Below the pieces are notes generated by a model. That model saw only the letters and a program-made list of their open reading frames with translations. It had not been told where the DNA came from and did not search any database. This document shows, piece by piece, positions 30,108 through 40,769 of a DNA stretch of 64,000 nt (positions are counted from its first letter, which is position 1; every line of letters starts with the position of its first letter). The position numbers and the translations under genes are program-made. This stretch comes from an uncultured candidate division Zixibacteria bacterium (GTDB lineage Bacteria; Zixibacteria; MSB-5A5; GN15; PGXB01): NCBI GenBank assembly GCA_963702205.1, contig OY969724.1, positions 3,648,001 through 3,712,000 of the forward strand, written 5' to 3'.

Positions 30108-31187
30108 ATGGAAATTAGATTACCGATAGAGCGGCGGAAAAGCCGGGCGGTCAAATGCGGCGATGTTATCATCGGCGGCGGGTTTCCGGTGACGGTGCAA
30201 TCGATGACCAACACCGATACCCGCGATGTCATAGCGACCGTCGCGCAGATAAGAAAACTCACCGACGCCGGGTGCGACATTATAAGAGTCGCCGTCCCGG
30301 ACCGCGAGGCGGCGTCGAAACTGGCCGAAATCAAGTCGAAAATAACCATACCGCTCGTGGCCGATATACACTTCAAGTACAAATTGGCTCTCGAAGCGAT
30401 CAAACAGGGGGTCGATAAGATTCGGATCAACCCCGGCAACATCGGCGACGATTCCAAGGTCACCGAAATAGCCAAAGCCGCCAAAGACGCCGGCATCCCG
30501 ATTCGGGTCGGGGTCAATTCCGGATCGCTCCCGCAGGATGTGCTCGAAAAATACGGCCACGATAACCCCGAAGGATTTGTCGAGGCGGCGCTGCGGCAGG
30601 TTGAATTGCTCGAAAAGAACGATTTCCACGATATAGTCATCGCCATGAAATCGTCGAATGTCAACACCGCCTGGCAGGCGCATCTGCTTCTGGCACAGAA
30701 AGTAGACTACCCGTTCCACCTCGGCATCACCGAGGCCGGGACACTCGAATCGGGCACGGTCAAATCAGCCGTCGGGATGGGCGCGATATTAATCCACGGC
30801 ATCGGGGACACCATCCGTGTTTCATTGACCGCCGATCCGGTCGAGGAAATAAAAGTCGGCAAGGCCATCCTTAAGGCGCTGGAACTGAAAAAAGAAGGCG
30901 TAGAAATCATCTCCTGCCCCACCTGCGGACGGTGCGAAATCGACGTCATCAAGCTGGCGCGGTCGATCGAAAAAAAGACCGCCCACTATAAGACACCACT
31001 CAAAGTGGCCGTCATGGGCTGTGTGGTCAACGGACCCGGCGAAGCCCGCGCGGCGGACGTCGGCATCACCGGCGGACGCGGCAAGGGGCTGCTTTTTAAA
31101 AAGGGCAAAATCGTCAGGAAGCTCCCCGAATCCGAATTGGAGAAAGCCTTACTTGAGGAAATCGAAATCCTCACCGGCGGGGAATGA
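30108..31187 (+). CDS. ispG: HMBPP synthase
   Basis: VQSMTNT, ADIHF, RINPGN, HLGITEAG, SCPTCGR, MGCVVNGPGE. Confidence 0.98.
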   Translation: MEIRLPIERRKSRAVKCGDVIIGGGFPVTVQSMTNTDTRDVIATVAQIRKLTDAGCDIIRVAVPDREAASKLAEIKSKITIPLVADIHFKYKLALEAIKQGVDKIRINPGNIGDDSKVTEIAKAAKDAGIPIRVGVNSGSLPQDVLEKYGHDNPEGFVEAALRQVELLEKNDFHDIVIAMKSSNVNTAWQAHLLLAQKVDYPFHLGITEAGTLESGTVKSAVGMGAILIHGIGDTIRVSLTADPVEEIKVGKAILKALELKKEGVEIISCPTCGRCEIDVIKLARSIEKKTAHYKTPLKVAVMGCVVNGPGEARAADVGITGGRGKGLLFKKGKIVRKLPESELEKALLEEIEILTGGE

Positions 31188-31246
31188 CATTCCACTAATC
31201 TGTTCTCTTGCAAAGAATTAGGCGGCTTGGAATCGCATTTTAAGAA

Positions 31247-31399
31247 GTAGGTTGGGTTCCGAAGCCCGATACTATCAGGACGAGAAACCCGACATTTTGA
31301 TTTATGACAAGATGTCGGGTTTTTCCGTCCCCCGACACTGTCGCGTGACTCCAGAACCCGACCTACAAAAAACTGCCGGGAAAGGGTTCCCGACGGCGC
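31247..31399. repeat. 120-bp REPIN-like doublet (31247-31366) plus GCGC-type REP
   Basis: GTAGGTTGGGTT...AACCCGACCTAC; near-identical to 32572-32691. Confidence 0.85.
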
Positions 31400-31533
31400 T
31401 TATCGGCCAACGGATTTTTCGAATATTCCCGCCCTCGCCCCGGTATATTCTGCAACAAAACGATAACAAATGAAATCTATTTGATGGACGGAATGATCTA
31501 TCTTATATTTTGAATGTAAAACAAGAAATCACC

Positions 31534-32037
31534 ATGGAAAAAACTGAACGCCCTGTAATCAGGATGCCGCTGACGCGGCTGGAGAAATTTTTCGAACTGG
31601 TTGCCGCGACCGGTCTGTTTATATCGGTTTTTCTCATTCTAAACTATTGGTCGGCCCTGCCCGATCAGGTCCCCAGCCACTTTGGCGTGAGCGGTCAGCC
31701 CGACAACTGGAGCGGCAAGAGTATCCTGATAATTTTGCCGGCGGTATCGGTCTTTATTTATGCCCTGATTACACTGCTGGGCCGTATACCGCAGTACGCC
31801 AATTATGTCGTCCGGATTACCGCTGAGAACGCCGAGCGTCAGTACCTCCTGGGCCGTCAGTTTTCGTCGATACTTAAGGCCGAAGTTATCTGGGTTTTCA
31901 CTCTGATTAACTGGGCGGCTATCGGTGTCGCGCTGGAACGCTGCCGGGGACTGGGCGTCTATTTTCTGCCGATATTTCTGACAATCGTTTTCGGATCGGT
32001 CGCGATATATATTTATAAATCGGTCAAATCAAAATAA
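31534..32037 (+). CDS. DUF1648 membrane protein
   Basis: LPDQVPSHFGVSGQPDNW motif; 4 TM. Confidence 0.88.
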   Translation: MEKTERPVIRMPLTRLEKFFELVAATGLFISVFLILNYWSALPDQVPSHFGVSGQPDNWSGKSILIILPAVSVFIYALITLLGRIPQYANYVVRITAENAERQYLLGRQFSSILKAEVIWVFTLINWAAIGVALERCRGLGVYFLPIFLTIVFGSVAIYIYKSVKSK

Positions 32038-32162
32038 TACGGACGATATTGTTTTCGTATATGTGACTTGCTCTGCCAAAATGTGATTACACCCGGACAG
32101 GAATTGTCGCGTATAATAGGTATCGCGAAAAATCTCGAACCTTAAAAAAACAGGAGCATGAA

Positions 32163-32549
32163 ATGGCTGAACAGAAACCTGTCCACGGCACGTTTTGCTG
32201 GAACGAACTGGTTACCCGCGATCCCGAAAAAGCGCACAAGTTTTATTCCGAATTGATCGGGTGGGATATTGTCGACAGCGGCATGGAGGACATGAAGTAC
32301 CATTTCGCCAAGGCCGGTGAAGAACGCGTCGCGGGCATGATGCCGATGCCGCCCGAAGCCAAAGAGGTCCCCTCGCACTGGATGGCCTATGTGACGGTCG
32401 ACGACGTCGACGGCGCCGCAGAAAAGGCCAGGACGCTGGGTGGGAGTATCATCCACGGTCCGGCCGACATACCGACTGTCGGGCGTTTTTGCATAATCAA
32501 AGACCCGACCGGTGCCGTGATTTCTTTGATCCAGTTCCCAAAGCAGTAA
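32163..32549 (+). CDS. VOC/glyoxalase family protein
   Basis: FCWNELVTRDP, WMAYVTVDDVD, DPTGA. Confidence 0.92.
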   Translation: MAEQKPVHGTFCWNELVTRDPEKAHKFYSELIGWDIVDSGMEDMKYHFAKAGEERVAGMMPMPPEAKEVPSHWMAYVTVDDVDGAAEKARTLGGSIIHGPADIPTVGRFCIIKDPTGAVISLIQFPKQ

Positions 32550-32571
32550 TTGCTATAATCTGGCGAAAATA

Positions 32572-32779
32572 GTAGGTCGGGTTCCGAGGCCCGATAATAT
32601 CGGGGCGAGAAACCCGACATTTTGATTTATGGCAAGACGTCGGGTTTTTCCGTCCCCCGACAGTGTCGGGAGACTCCAGAACCCGACCTACGAAGATCTT
32701 GCATCGAACGAAAGCTGTCGGGAAAGGATTCCCGACAGCGCACGATTTCAGTGACCGGCAGACGCCCTCGTCTGCCGGT
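32572..32779. repeat. 120-bp REPIN-like doublet (32572-32691) plus GCGC-type (32714-32741) and GTGA-type (32751-32779) REPs
   Basis: Direct repeat of the 31247 element. Confidence 0.85.
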
Positions 32780-32847
32780 TGACAGACCGGGCAAAAAAGT
32801 AATACATTTTCACAACAGAACGAAAATATAGAAATGGAATAACAACC

Positions 32848-33216
32848 ATGCCCGAAAAAGTAAATCTCTCCGAAAAGCTGGCCCTGTTCGATGACGTCTA
32901 CAAACCGAAAATAGTCGGTGAACTCAACGGTCAGTATATCAAAGTCGTGAAATTCTCCGGCGAATATGTCTGGCATCAGCACGAAAACGAAGACGAGATG
33001 TTTTTGGTGCTCGACGGTTCAATGAAGGTTCGCTTCCGGGATAAAACCGTCCAACTCGAACGCGGTGAATTCATCATTGTCCCGCGCGGGGTCGAACACA
33101 AACCCGATGCCGAAGTACTGTGCCAGGTGCTGTTATTCGAACCGGCCGCGACCCGTAATACCGGCAATGTCGATCATAAGTACACTATCGAAGCCGATAA
33201 TCTGAAACGGATTTAG
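32848..33216 (+). CDS. Cupin domain protein
   Basis: WHQHENEDEMF, VPRGVEHKP. Confidence 0.92.
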   Translation: MPEKVNLSEKLALFDDVYKPKIVGELNGQYIKVVKFSGEYVWHQHENEDEMFLVLDGSMKVRFRDKTVQLERGEFIIVPRGVEHKPDAEVLCQVLLFEPAATRNTGNVDHKYTIEADNLKRI

Positions 33217-33545
33217 ATTACGTCTTTATTGGTTTCGCGCCGGGTCTCTATCTCGTGACGCGCTGCGATATCGTTCAGTTCGACAACCTGCTCCCGGATC
33301 ATGTTGTACCGGTATACGCCCAGGATCATCGTAACAAGCCCGATCGGCACGAATATCCAGCCGATGATCGTAAAATAAAAGCTGTCGAAAAATTTTATGA
33401 ACGTCAGTCCGGCGATGACAAAAGTCAAAGCGGTGCGCATATAGGCCAGGATGGTGCGCTCATTGGCCAGCTTGGTGCGGACGGCATCGAGGCGGTCCCG
33501 GTAATGGCTTTCCCGGTCGGATGATCTGTTAAATAATAGCCGCAT
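33213..33545 (-). CDS. DUF202/YidH family membrane protein (short form)
   Basis: RTKLANERTILAYMRTAL followed by TM helices. Confidence 0.9.
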   Translation of the reverse strand: MRLLFNRSSDRESHYRDRLDAVRTKLANERTILAYMRTALTFVIAGLTFIKFFDSFYFTIIGWIFVPIGLVTMILGVYRYNMIREQVVELNDIAARHEIETRRETNKDVI

Positions 33546-33644
33546 ATTCCCTCTCGTCAGTACTTTCTAATATCGGCAGGAACCGATTGATTAATTATTA
33601 AGCGTTGTAACAGGATTTGCGGGCAACTGTTCCGCCGGACTCGT

Positions 33645-35372
33645 CTATTCCGGTTTCTGTGGCTCCACCATGACAGTTTTCTCGCGCTCAAGTGTCACCA
33701 GTCCCGGTTTGGCCTTGCGCGGTTTGCGCACATACCGCTTCTCGGTATAGGCCACCGGTACCGTTTTGGAATTGCGGGCTTTGGAATAATACGCCGCAAT
33801 GGCCGCGGTCTCGGCGATTTCGGCCTTCGACGGTTCAAAACTCTTGTCGGGATATTTCATGACGACGTGCGAGCCGGGACATTGCGAGGCGTGGAACCAG
33901 AGCTCGTACGGTTTCGCGTGGTCGAACGTAGTGCGGTCGTTGTCATCACCGTCCTTGCCGACAAAAATCTTCACCCCGCTGGACAGCGTGTATTCCCGGT
34001 ACGGCAGCCTCGGGGCGGTCTCTCTCTTTTTCGCCTGCGCCGGAAGAAGCTGCTTTATCTCGGCATCGTACCTTTTCGAGGCGCTCTCGAAATCTCTCTC
34101 GAGTTCATCGTGCATTGATTCGGAAGCAGCCAGCTCCATTTTGGCGATTTCTAAACGACGCTGCAATAGTTTCAATCCGTCTTTTCCTTTGCGATATTTC
34201 TTGAAATACTTATCAGCGTTTTCGGACGGGGTCAGCGACGGATCAAGTTCGATCTGCACCGTACCACCAGATGACGAATAAACGTCCTCGACTTCGACCT
34301 GGGCCATACCCTTTTTAATTGAAGTCAAATTGATCTTAAGAAGCTCTGCCATCTTGCGGTAGAGATCGTAATTGTCGGCGTTCTTCAGATCGTTGTCAAT
34401 CAGCTCGACCTTGCGTGCGAGTTTCCTTAAATGTCGCCTGATCGCTTCCATGACAACCTGTTTCTGATCGACTTCGGCTTTGAACTCTTTATTGACTCGG
34501 ACGCACTGATATACCGCCAGCGACAGCGATTTGGTTTTCTCAGCCTCGAGATCGACGGATTTTAATTTGAACGGATACGCGGCGTGTGGTTTCAGATTAT
34601 ATACATATCCTTTTTGATAATCATTGAACCTTTGGGCGAACTCCACAATTGCATCCACGAGCGTCCCAAAATCTGCATCAGATAGTTGCTTCACTGCGAC
34701 ATTTTGATCCAGCGACGCCGCGTACAGAATTTCATCGACCATGACGTCGTCCAGTCCGAGGATGTTCTTCTTGATGACATTTCTTAGCAGGTCGGCTGCG
34801 GAAAATGCCGACACTTCTATGTCGGGTTTCTCTCCCGACTTCGTCGGTATCTGAACCCGACCTACTTTTTCTCCCAATTGCGTCGCATTAATCGTGAAAG
34901 GATTCAGCCTGTCTACCGGGTCGGGAGGTGTGTACGGTTCCTTTGCATCGTACTTCTTGTTTCGCAGGGTCGCAAGAATCCTGTCGTCCTTATCGAGCAG
35001 CCAGATATTTCCATTGGGACCGATGGCCTCCACTATAATGCAGTACCTATCTGTCACCTTTTCTAGCTCGATTCGGAATATTCTGTCTAAACCATATTGT
35101 GAAATTGATGCGACGGTACTCTCTATGGCGTCCTGGAAAAACGGCCATGGCTTTTCTTTGGTTTCGATCTTGATTTTCGAGCGCGGCATAAAGAAAGACC
35201 CATAACCGACCGGATGATAGGCCAGCCCGAGCGCAAAATAACCGACGTCGGTCTTGAACAGCATATAGGCTTCGCGTTCTTTCTTGTAGAACTCGGTTGA
35301 GACGAATTTCGCTCCTATGAGCAAATCTTTAAGCTCGGCTACGAGCGTATATATGTGAAGCGACGTTTGCAT
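33645..35372 (-). CDS. rqcH: NFACT/RqcH (FbpA) ribosome quality-control protein
   Basis: DRIF, PSENADKYFKKYRK, VGKD..DND, WFHA..PGSHVV, AAYYSK, YVRKPR..KPGLV. Confidence 0.92.
   Translation of the reverse strand: MQTSLHIYTLVAELKDLLIGAKFVSTEFYKKEREAYMLFKTDVGYFALGLAYHPVGYGSFFMPRSKIKIETKEKPWPFFQDAIESTVASISQYGLDRIFRIELEKVTDRYCIIVEAIGPNGNIWLLDKDDRILATLRNKKYDAKEPYTPPDPVDRLNPFTINATQLGEKVGRVQIPTKSGEKPDIEVSAFSAADLLRNVIKKNILGLDDVMVDEILYAASLDQNVAVKQLSDADFGTLVDAIVEFAQRFNDYQKGYVYNLKPHAAYPFKLKSVDLEAEKTKSLSLAVYQCVRVNKEFKAEVDQKQVVMEAIRRHLRKLARKVELIDNDLKNADNYDLYRKMAELLKINLTSIKKGMAQVEVEDVYSSSGGTVQIELDPSLTPSENADKYFKKYRKGKDGLKLLQRRLEIAKMELAASESMHDELERDFESASKRYDAEIKQLLPAQAKKRETAPRLPYREYTLSSGVKIFVGKDGDDNDRTTFDHAKPYELWFHASQCPGSHVVMKYPDKSFEPSKAEIAETAAIAAYYSKARNSKTVPVAYTEKRYVRKPRKAKPGLVTLEREKTVMVEPQKPE
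34787..34865 (-). repeat. REP doublet embedded in frame in rqcH
   Basis: GTAGGTCGGGTT..CCGACGAAGTCGG..GAGAAACCCGACA plus inverted GCAGGTCGGC..GCCGACA. Confidence 0.8.
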
Positions 35373-35427
35373 GGCGGGAATATATAATGCGGGGATAAGT
35401 TTGGGAAGATATAAATGCTCTTTACAA

Positions 35428-35559
35428 TGTCATTCCCGCGTAGGCGGGAATCCAGTCTTCTCTTATTGATGAAGTAAATATTCAGGGTGGCCACTCCTAA
35501 CTTGTTTAGAGTGGTTATGCCAAATTAAAAGGCAGAACCGCTGAAGGGTTCTGCCCTAC
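35428..35559. repeat. REP cluster: TGTCATTCCCGCGTAGGCGGGAATCCAG (35428-35455) and GTAG-type (35531-35559)
   Basis: Palindromes; the second matches the stem at 4117. Confidence 0.7.
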
Positions 35560-35583
35560 TTAGAAATTAATTATACTTGTTTT

Positions 35584-36141
35584 CTACATCTTCCCGTACT
35601 TCTCCATGCCCTCTTTGTACAGGTTGCCGCCGTGGCAGTCGAGCGCGACGATCACCGGGAAATCTTTAACCGTCAGCTTCCTGATCGCTTCGGCACCGAG
35701 GTCCTCGTACGCAATTACTTCGGCAGCCGTAATCGACTTGGCGATCAAAGCTCCGGCCCCTCCGACAGCCGCGAAGTAGACGGCCTTGTGTTTTTTCATA
35801 GCCATAACCACGTCCGGCCCCATTTCACCCTTACCGATCATGCCCTTCTGACCGGCCTCGATGACAATCGGCGTGTAGGCGTTCATGCGATACGACGTGG
35901 TCGGTCCGGCCGATCCGATGACCTGTCCCGGTTTGGGCGGGGTCGGCCCGACAAAATATATGATCTGCCCTTTGACGTCGAACGGCAGTTTCTCGCCTTT
36001 GGCGATCAGTTCCACCAGCCGCTTGTGCGCGGCATCGCGCGCGGTATAAATCGAACCGTTTATCAGTACCTGGTCGCCGACCTTAAGGCTCTCGACGACC
36101 TTGTCTGTCAGCGGCGTCGTGATTGTTTTTTTATCAGACAT
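35584..36141 (-). CDS. Fe-S hydro-lyase (fumarate/tartrate) beta subunit
   Basis: TARDAAHKR, GPTTSYRM, IGKG. Confidence 0.95.
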   Translation of the reverse strand: MSDKKTITTPLTDKVVESLKVGDQVLINGSIYTARDAAHKRLVELIAKGEKLPFDVKGQIIYFVGPTPPKPGQVIGSAGPTTSYRMNAYTPIVIEAGQKGMIGKGEMGPDVVMAMKKHKAVYFAAVGGAGALIAKSITAAEVIAYEDLGAEAIRKLTVKDFPVIVALDCHGGNLYKEGMEKYGKM

Positions 36142-36166
36142 TTTCTATCTCCAATTTTTGCAGGCT

Positions 36167-37009
36167 CTATAGTACAACTTCTTTGTGACGCGCCGCATGG
36201 CACTGCGTATTGACAGCTACCGGCAGCGATGCGATATGGCACGGGTGCACCTCGATATGCACGTCGAGGGCCGTGGTCGTTCCACCGAGTCCCTGGGGAC
36301 CGATACCGAGCTTGTTTATTTTATCCAGCAGCTCCAGTTCGAGGTCGGCGTAGTACTTATTGGGATGACGATCCCCGACCGGCCGCAGCAGCGCCTTTTT
36401 GGCCAGCATGGCGCATTTTTCGAACGTGCCGCCGATACCGACGCCGATAATAACCGGCGGGCAGGGATTGCCGCCCGAGCGCCGGACGCGGTCAATCACG
36501 AAATCTTTGACGCCGTCGACACCGTCGGACGGCTTGAGCATTTTAATCTCGGACATATTTTCCGAACCGCCGCCTTTGGGGGCGATCGTAATTTTCATTT
36601 TGTCGCCCGGGACTATCTCGGTGTGTATCACGGCCGGAGTGTTGTCACCGGTATTTTTACGCTCCAGCGGATCGCTCAAGACCGACTTGCGCAGGAAGCC
36701 CTCGGTGTAGCCCCGACGAATCCCTTCCTGCAGCGAGTCGCCGTAGTTTCCGCCGACAATTTTCACGTCTTGTCCCAACTCCACAAACAGCACGGCGAAT
36801 CCGGTATCCTGGCACATCGGGGAATGTTCGTTTTTGGCTATTTCGGCGTTGGCCAGGACCTGGTCGAGAATACCTTTGGCGACCGGCGACTCCTCGACCG
36901 TCTTGGCCTTCTTCACCGCCTCGATAACGTCGCTCCCCAGGTCATAGCTGGCCTCGATTACAATTTTGCGGACCGCTTCGGTTATCTGGTCTGTGTTTAT
37001 CTCACGCAT
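36167..37009 (-). CDS. Fe-S hydro-lyase (fumarate/tartrate) alpha subunit
   Basis: CQDTG, KGGGSEN, NPCPP, HIAS, CHAARH. Confidence 0.95.
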   Translation of the reverse strand: MREINTDQITEAVRKIVIEASYDLGSDVIEAVKKAKTVEESPVAKGILDQVLANAEIAKNEHSPMCQDTGFAVLFVELGQDVKIVGGNYGDSLQEGIRRGYTEGFLRKSVLSDPLERKNTGDNTPAVIHTEIVPGDKMKITIAPKGGGSENMSEIKMLKPSDGVDGVKDFVIDRVRRSGGNPCPPVIIGVGIGGTFEKCAMLAKKALLRPVGDRHPNKYYADLELELLDKINKLGIGPQGLGGTTTALDVHIEVHPCHIASLPVAVNTQCHAARHKEVVL

Positions 37010-37048
37010 GAATCAACTCCAACTTCCCGGCCACCGCCGGGCTCTATG

Positions 37049-38347
37049 TTAATTGTTTAATTCTGTATACACCTTATAAGCGCGTATTATTCTTTTGTTC
37101 AGCGACGGGTGGTCGTAAAACCAAAATTCAATTATAGGCGATGGATTCGGGTCTGACAAGTTAAAGGCCGATAATTTTTCGAAGGCCGACTGCGCCACCG
37201 CGGCGTCGACACCCGAAAGCTCCATCCCGTAACGATCACAGGAATACTCCATCTGTCGGCTGACCGCGTTCCACACCGGCTGCGCGAAAAAGCTGAAGAC
37301 CGCGATAAAAAGCAGCAGCAGCGGATAGCTGGCGATATCAGAAGGCTTTTCAAATCCCAGCCGTTTTTTAAATTTCCTGATAAAACCCGGCATGGTTTTA
37401 TCGGCCATGAATGCGCCGGCCAGTACGATCGACACGAAACCGAAGATGCCGTACCAGATATGATTCTTGACATAGTGCCCCATCTCATGCCCGACCACAA
37501 AGCGCATCTCGTCGAGCGTGAAATTGTCGATCATGTTGTCATACAGTACAATCCTCTTGGTCCCAAATACCCCGACAAAATAGGCATTGACCCTATTGGA
37601 ACGTTTCGAAGTATTTACCCGATAAATGTCAGGGTTGTGTATCCCGGCTTTGTCGGCCAGTTCGGTCATGGCGGTCCTGAGCTGGCCGTCGGGGACCGGA
37701 ATGAATTTATTGAATAGCGGATCGATTACGGTCGGATAGGCGATCATTATAAATATCATAAACGGCAGCGCCGCCCCGGCCAGATACAACCACCAGCGTT
37801 TGGTCTTTTCGAGAAGAGTATAAAGAATCATGATGACAATCAGCATGATGACATATTCGACCGCGTACGACAACAGACGGTCGGAAAACCACCCGCCGAA
37901 ATGCTGATTGGTGAAACCATACTGATGCTCGATCACAAACCCCCGGTAATACGAAAACGGGAGTTTGACAATAAACAGCACGATCGTAAACAGAAACAGG
38001 TAAATCACGTAGCGAAGAATCCGCTTCGTCGTAATCCCGTAAATCCAGCTTCGTATTCGCGCAGAAAACCCGGTGAACAAAATAAGACTCAGGATGATGA
38101 CTTCGATTCCAAAAGATACAAACCGCCAGATATTGACAAAATGTGCATAGGAATTCCTCTGCTCCTGACGTTCGGGAGTAAGTGGGAACTGAAAAGTCCC
38201 GGCATGAGATTCGACAATGCCGGTCGACTGAGCAATATTATTGCTGTCGGTGTTGGTGACAATCGTGGAATCACCGGCCGGGCACGACTGGCAAAACCAC
38301 ATCGAACCGACAAGCACCGCGAGAATAATCCACAAAACAGACCGCAC
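37049..38347 (-). CDS. M48 family (Ste24-like) metallopeptidase
   Basis: NAYFVG, HEMGH, EYSCD, HPS; multi-TM. Confidence 0.92.
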   Translation of the reverse strand: MRSVLWIILAVLVGSMWFCQSCPAGDSTIVTNTDSNNIAQSTGIVESHAGTFQFPLTPERQEQRNSYAHFVNIWRFVSFGIEVIILSLILFTGFSARIRSWIYGITTKRILRYVIYLFLFTIVLFIVKLPFSYYRGFVIEHQYGFTNQHFGGWFSDRLLSYAVEYVIMLIVIMILYTLLEKTKRWWLYLAGAALPFMIFIMIAYPTVIDPLFNKFIPVPDGQLRTAMTELADKAGIHNPDIYRVNTSKRSNRVNAYFVGVFGTKRIVLYDNMIDNFTLDEMRFVVGHEMGHYVKNHIWYGIFGFVSIVLAGAFMADKTMPGFIRKFKKRLGFEKPSDIASYPLLLLFIAVFSFFAQPVWNAVSRQMEYSCDRYGMELSGVDAAVAQSAFEKLSAFNLSDPNPSPIIEFWFYDHPSLNKRIIRAYKVYTELNN

Positions 38348-38466
38348 CGCTTTCTCCTGTCTAATAATAAAGACGGAAAATAGCTAATCTGTACGACAAT
38401 GTCAACGCGGCCGGATATCAGACCCAAAGGCATTGATTAAAATCCCTCTTTGTATTTTATTGGGCT

Positions 38467-39372
38467 ATGATTTACGCCGGAGAATTAGCAGCCCTTCTGA
38501 CCGCCTTCCTGTGGTCGTTTACAACCCTGTTTTTCACGTCGGCCGGGCGGCTGATCGGTTCGCTTTGGGTCAATCGAATCCGCATCCCGATGGCGATGAT
38601 CCTCCTCGGCACGCTTTATTTTATCACGTCCGGCCATCTGTGGCCCTCCGGAGTCAGCACCGAATCATTTTTATATCTGGCCGCCAGCGGCGTGATCGGC
38701 CTGACTTTGGGCGATTCGTTTTTATTCAAAGCGCTGATTATTATGGGTCCCAGGCGGACGCTGGTCGTTTTCGCCACCTGGCCGATTTTTGCATCCATAG
38801 CGGCCTGGATAACGCTCGGTGAAACGCTCGGCGTCGTGGCGCTGACCGGTATCATCCTTACAATCGCCGGGGTCATCTGGGTCACCGCGGAAAGGCATTA
38901 CGAAACCAACAAGGTCAAGTACGCCGAAACCGGCTCGAACCGTCTCGGCATCGGCCTGGCCATCCTCGCCGCCGCCGGACAGGCCATCGGCCTGGTGCTG
39001 GCCAAGGCCGGGATGGGCAGCGCGATCTCCCCTCTCCCTGCCACTTTAATCCGCATGGTCTCCGCGGCGGTGGGCGTGTGGATCCTGGCGCTCTTCAGAA
39101 AGGACATAAAAAATATCGCTACTGTATTCAAAAACAGAAAGGCCCTTGCATTCACTCTGGGCGGGGCGATCTGTGGGCCCTTTCTCGGGGTGTGGATGTC
39201 CCTGACAGCGGTCAAGTATGCCGCGACCGGCGTCGCGTCGGCGATTATGTCCATCGTCCCGATCCTGGTCATCCCGCTGGTGATAATATTCTACAAAGAG
39301 AAAGTGACACTTCGCGCAGTCATAGGTGCAGTGATAGCCGTCGCCGGGGTAATCATTCTCTTCTATGGTTGA
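38467..39372 (+). CDS. DMT/EamA family transporter
   Basis: About 10 TM; SGVIGLTLGD, GPFLGV. Confidence 0.9.
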   Translation: MIYAGELAALLTAFLWSFTTLFFTSAGRLIGSLWVNRIRIPMAMILLGTLYFITSGHLWPSGVSTESFLYLAASGVIGLTLGDSFLFKALIIMGPRRTLVVFATWPIFASIAAWITLGETLGVVALTGIILTIAGVIWVTAERHYETNKVKYAETGSNRLGIGLAILAAAGQAIGLVLAKAGMGSAISPLPATLIRMVSAAVGVWILALFRKDIKNIATVFKNRKALAFTLGGAICGPFLGVWMSLTAVKYAATGVASAIMSIVPILVIPLVIIFYKEKVTLRAVIGAVIAVAGVIILFYG

Positions 39373-39506
39373 TCGTTGAATTTTCGTCTGACTTTTTAAA
39401 TTTATTGAGTGCATTCGAGCAAGAATTTCGATTCAATCGATTTTGCCAGAACTATGCTTTAGTTATGAGATAATAGTTGACAATCCAACAGATTTGAACT
39501 ATACTC

Positions 39507-40602
39507 ATGCTATCGCTTAGTTCAATTGGGAGGGCAATTTACATGCATATTAGACGCATTTGTACAATAGGATTACTGGTTTTATTATCCACAGTTCCTA
39601 TCACTTTATTATCAGCCGATTATGAAATTACCAAAGTTATTAAAGCGGGTCCGTGCTCTGGAGAACCGTCGTTATCACCGCTAAGATGGTCACCTGACGG
39701 GAAATATGTTGCCTATTTTCTGAATGGTACCTTGATGGTTTCGGATTCATTAGGGAATAGTCACTGCAATAACCAACTTTGATTATCCGCCTCGAAGGTT
39801 TGAGTGGTTATCGGGAAAAGAATTAATATTGCATTTGTCTAGGTGGGGCGAAAATGCTGCTATAGATCAAAAGTTAGTAAAAGTAGATATCGAATCAAAA
39901 GATGAATATACGTTATTATCGCACTATAGCAAATCCGGTCCGAGAACAAAGGACGAAGAGGATTCTTTTAATGGGCCATGGTTGACAGCTGAAGGACACT
40001 TATATATTAGGCAAAATGTTATACGAGCTACCAATAGGCCCGCAGGAAAGGGCTACTTGAATGAAAGCTTGGTATTTTTTCAAAGCAAGTATTCTAATGC
40101 GAAAGATGAAAACCCTGAGAAAAACGATCATATAGTATTTTGGGAAAATGATGGCGTATATTTATCCAAAACAGATTTTAGCCAGATAAAGAAACTGGCC
40201 CCAAGTGAAAAACACCCTATCCAAATGCGGCCAATTTTAAATAGCGATTTGACATATTATATGCTGCATTGGCTTATTTGCAGAATATCAGATACCTCTT
40301 GCATTAATATTTTCACTCACATTAAAGCACATCCTGTGGATAAAATCCTTACTGATCCCATTTACTATTCTTTTAATCCCCAAGCTCCGGAAGTATTAAT
40401 AGGTTATGTTTATGCTTTGGATGAATTTAATGAAATATGGAGAATGGGTACTTTTAACTATAATAATCTCGAATTTACGGTGTTGGATGATGAAATTAAA
40501 ATGTTCGGGTGTAGAGCTCCAGCCTATTGCCCTGACGGGCTTAAAATAGCCTTCATTTCACCAAATGATTCTCTTTGTATATTATACAGGAGGCAAAAAT
40601 GA
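39507..40602 (+). pseudogene. Secreted TolB-like beta-propeller protein with a frameshift near 39760, AT-rich
   Basis: WSPDGKYVAY and YCPDGLKIAF repeats; +1 frame continues TAITNFDYPPRRFEWLS into the 39829 ORF. Confidence 0.6.
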
Positions 40603-40769
40603 GAATGCGGTTATTTACATTTCCGCTGATATTTATAATTTTATTTTTGATTCCGCAGCTCAATTTTGCGCAATGTGATATCTTTGTTGATCCTGGTCAT
40701 GGCGGGTGCGATAATTCTACAAATTTCAAGTTGTGTCAGGTCATTCTCATTCTTATGAGTGAGACCTGA
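40599..40769 (+). pseudogene. Truncated N-acetylmuramoyl-L-alanine amidase (Amidase_3) N-terminus
   Basis: AGGAGG RBS, signal peptide, IFVDPGHGG, then runs into a palindrome and stops. Confidence 0.7.

Noticed and set aside
39780..39782. TGA as selenocysteine or readthrough joining the 39507 and 39829 ORFs
   Set aside because: The two ORFs are in different frames; a frameshift is needed, not readthrough.
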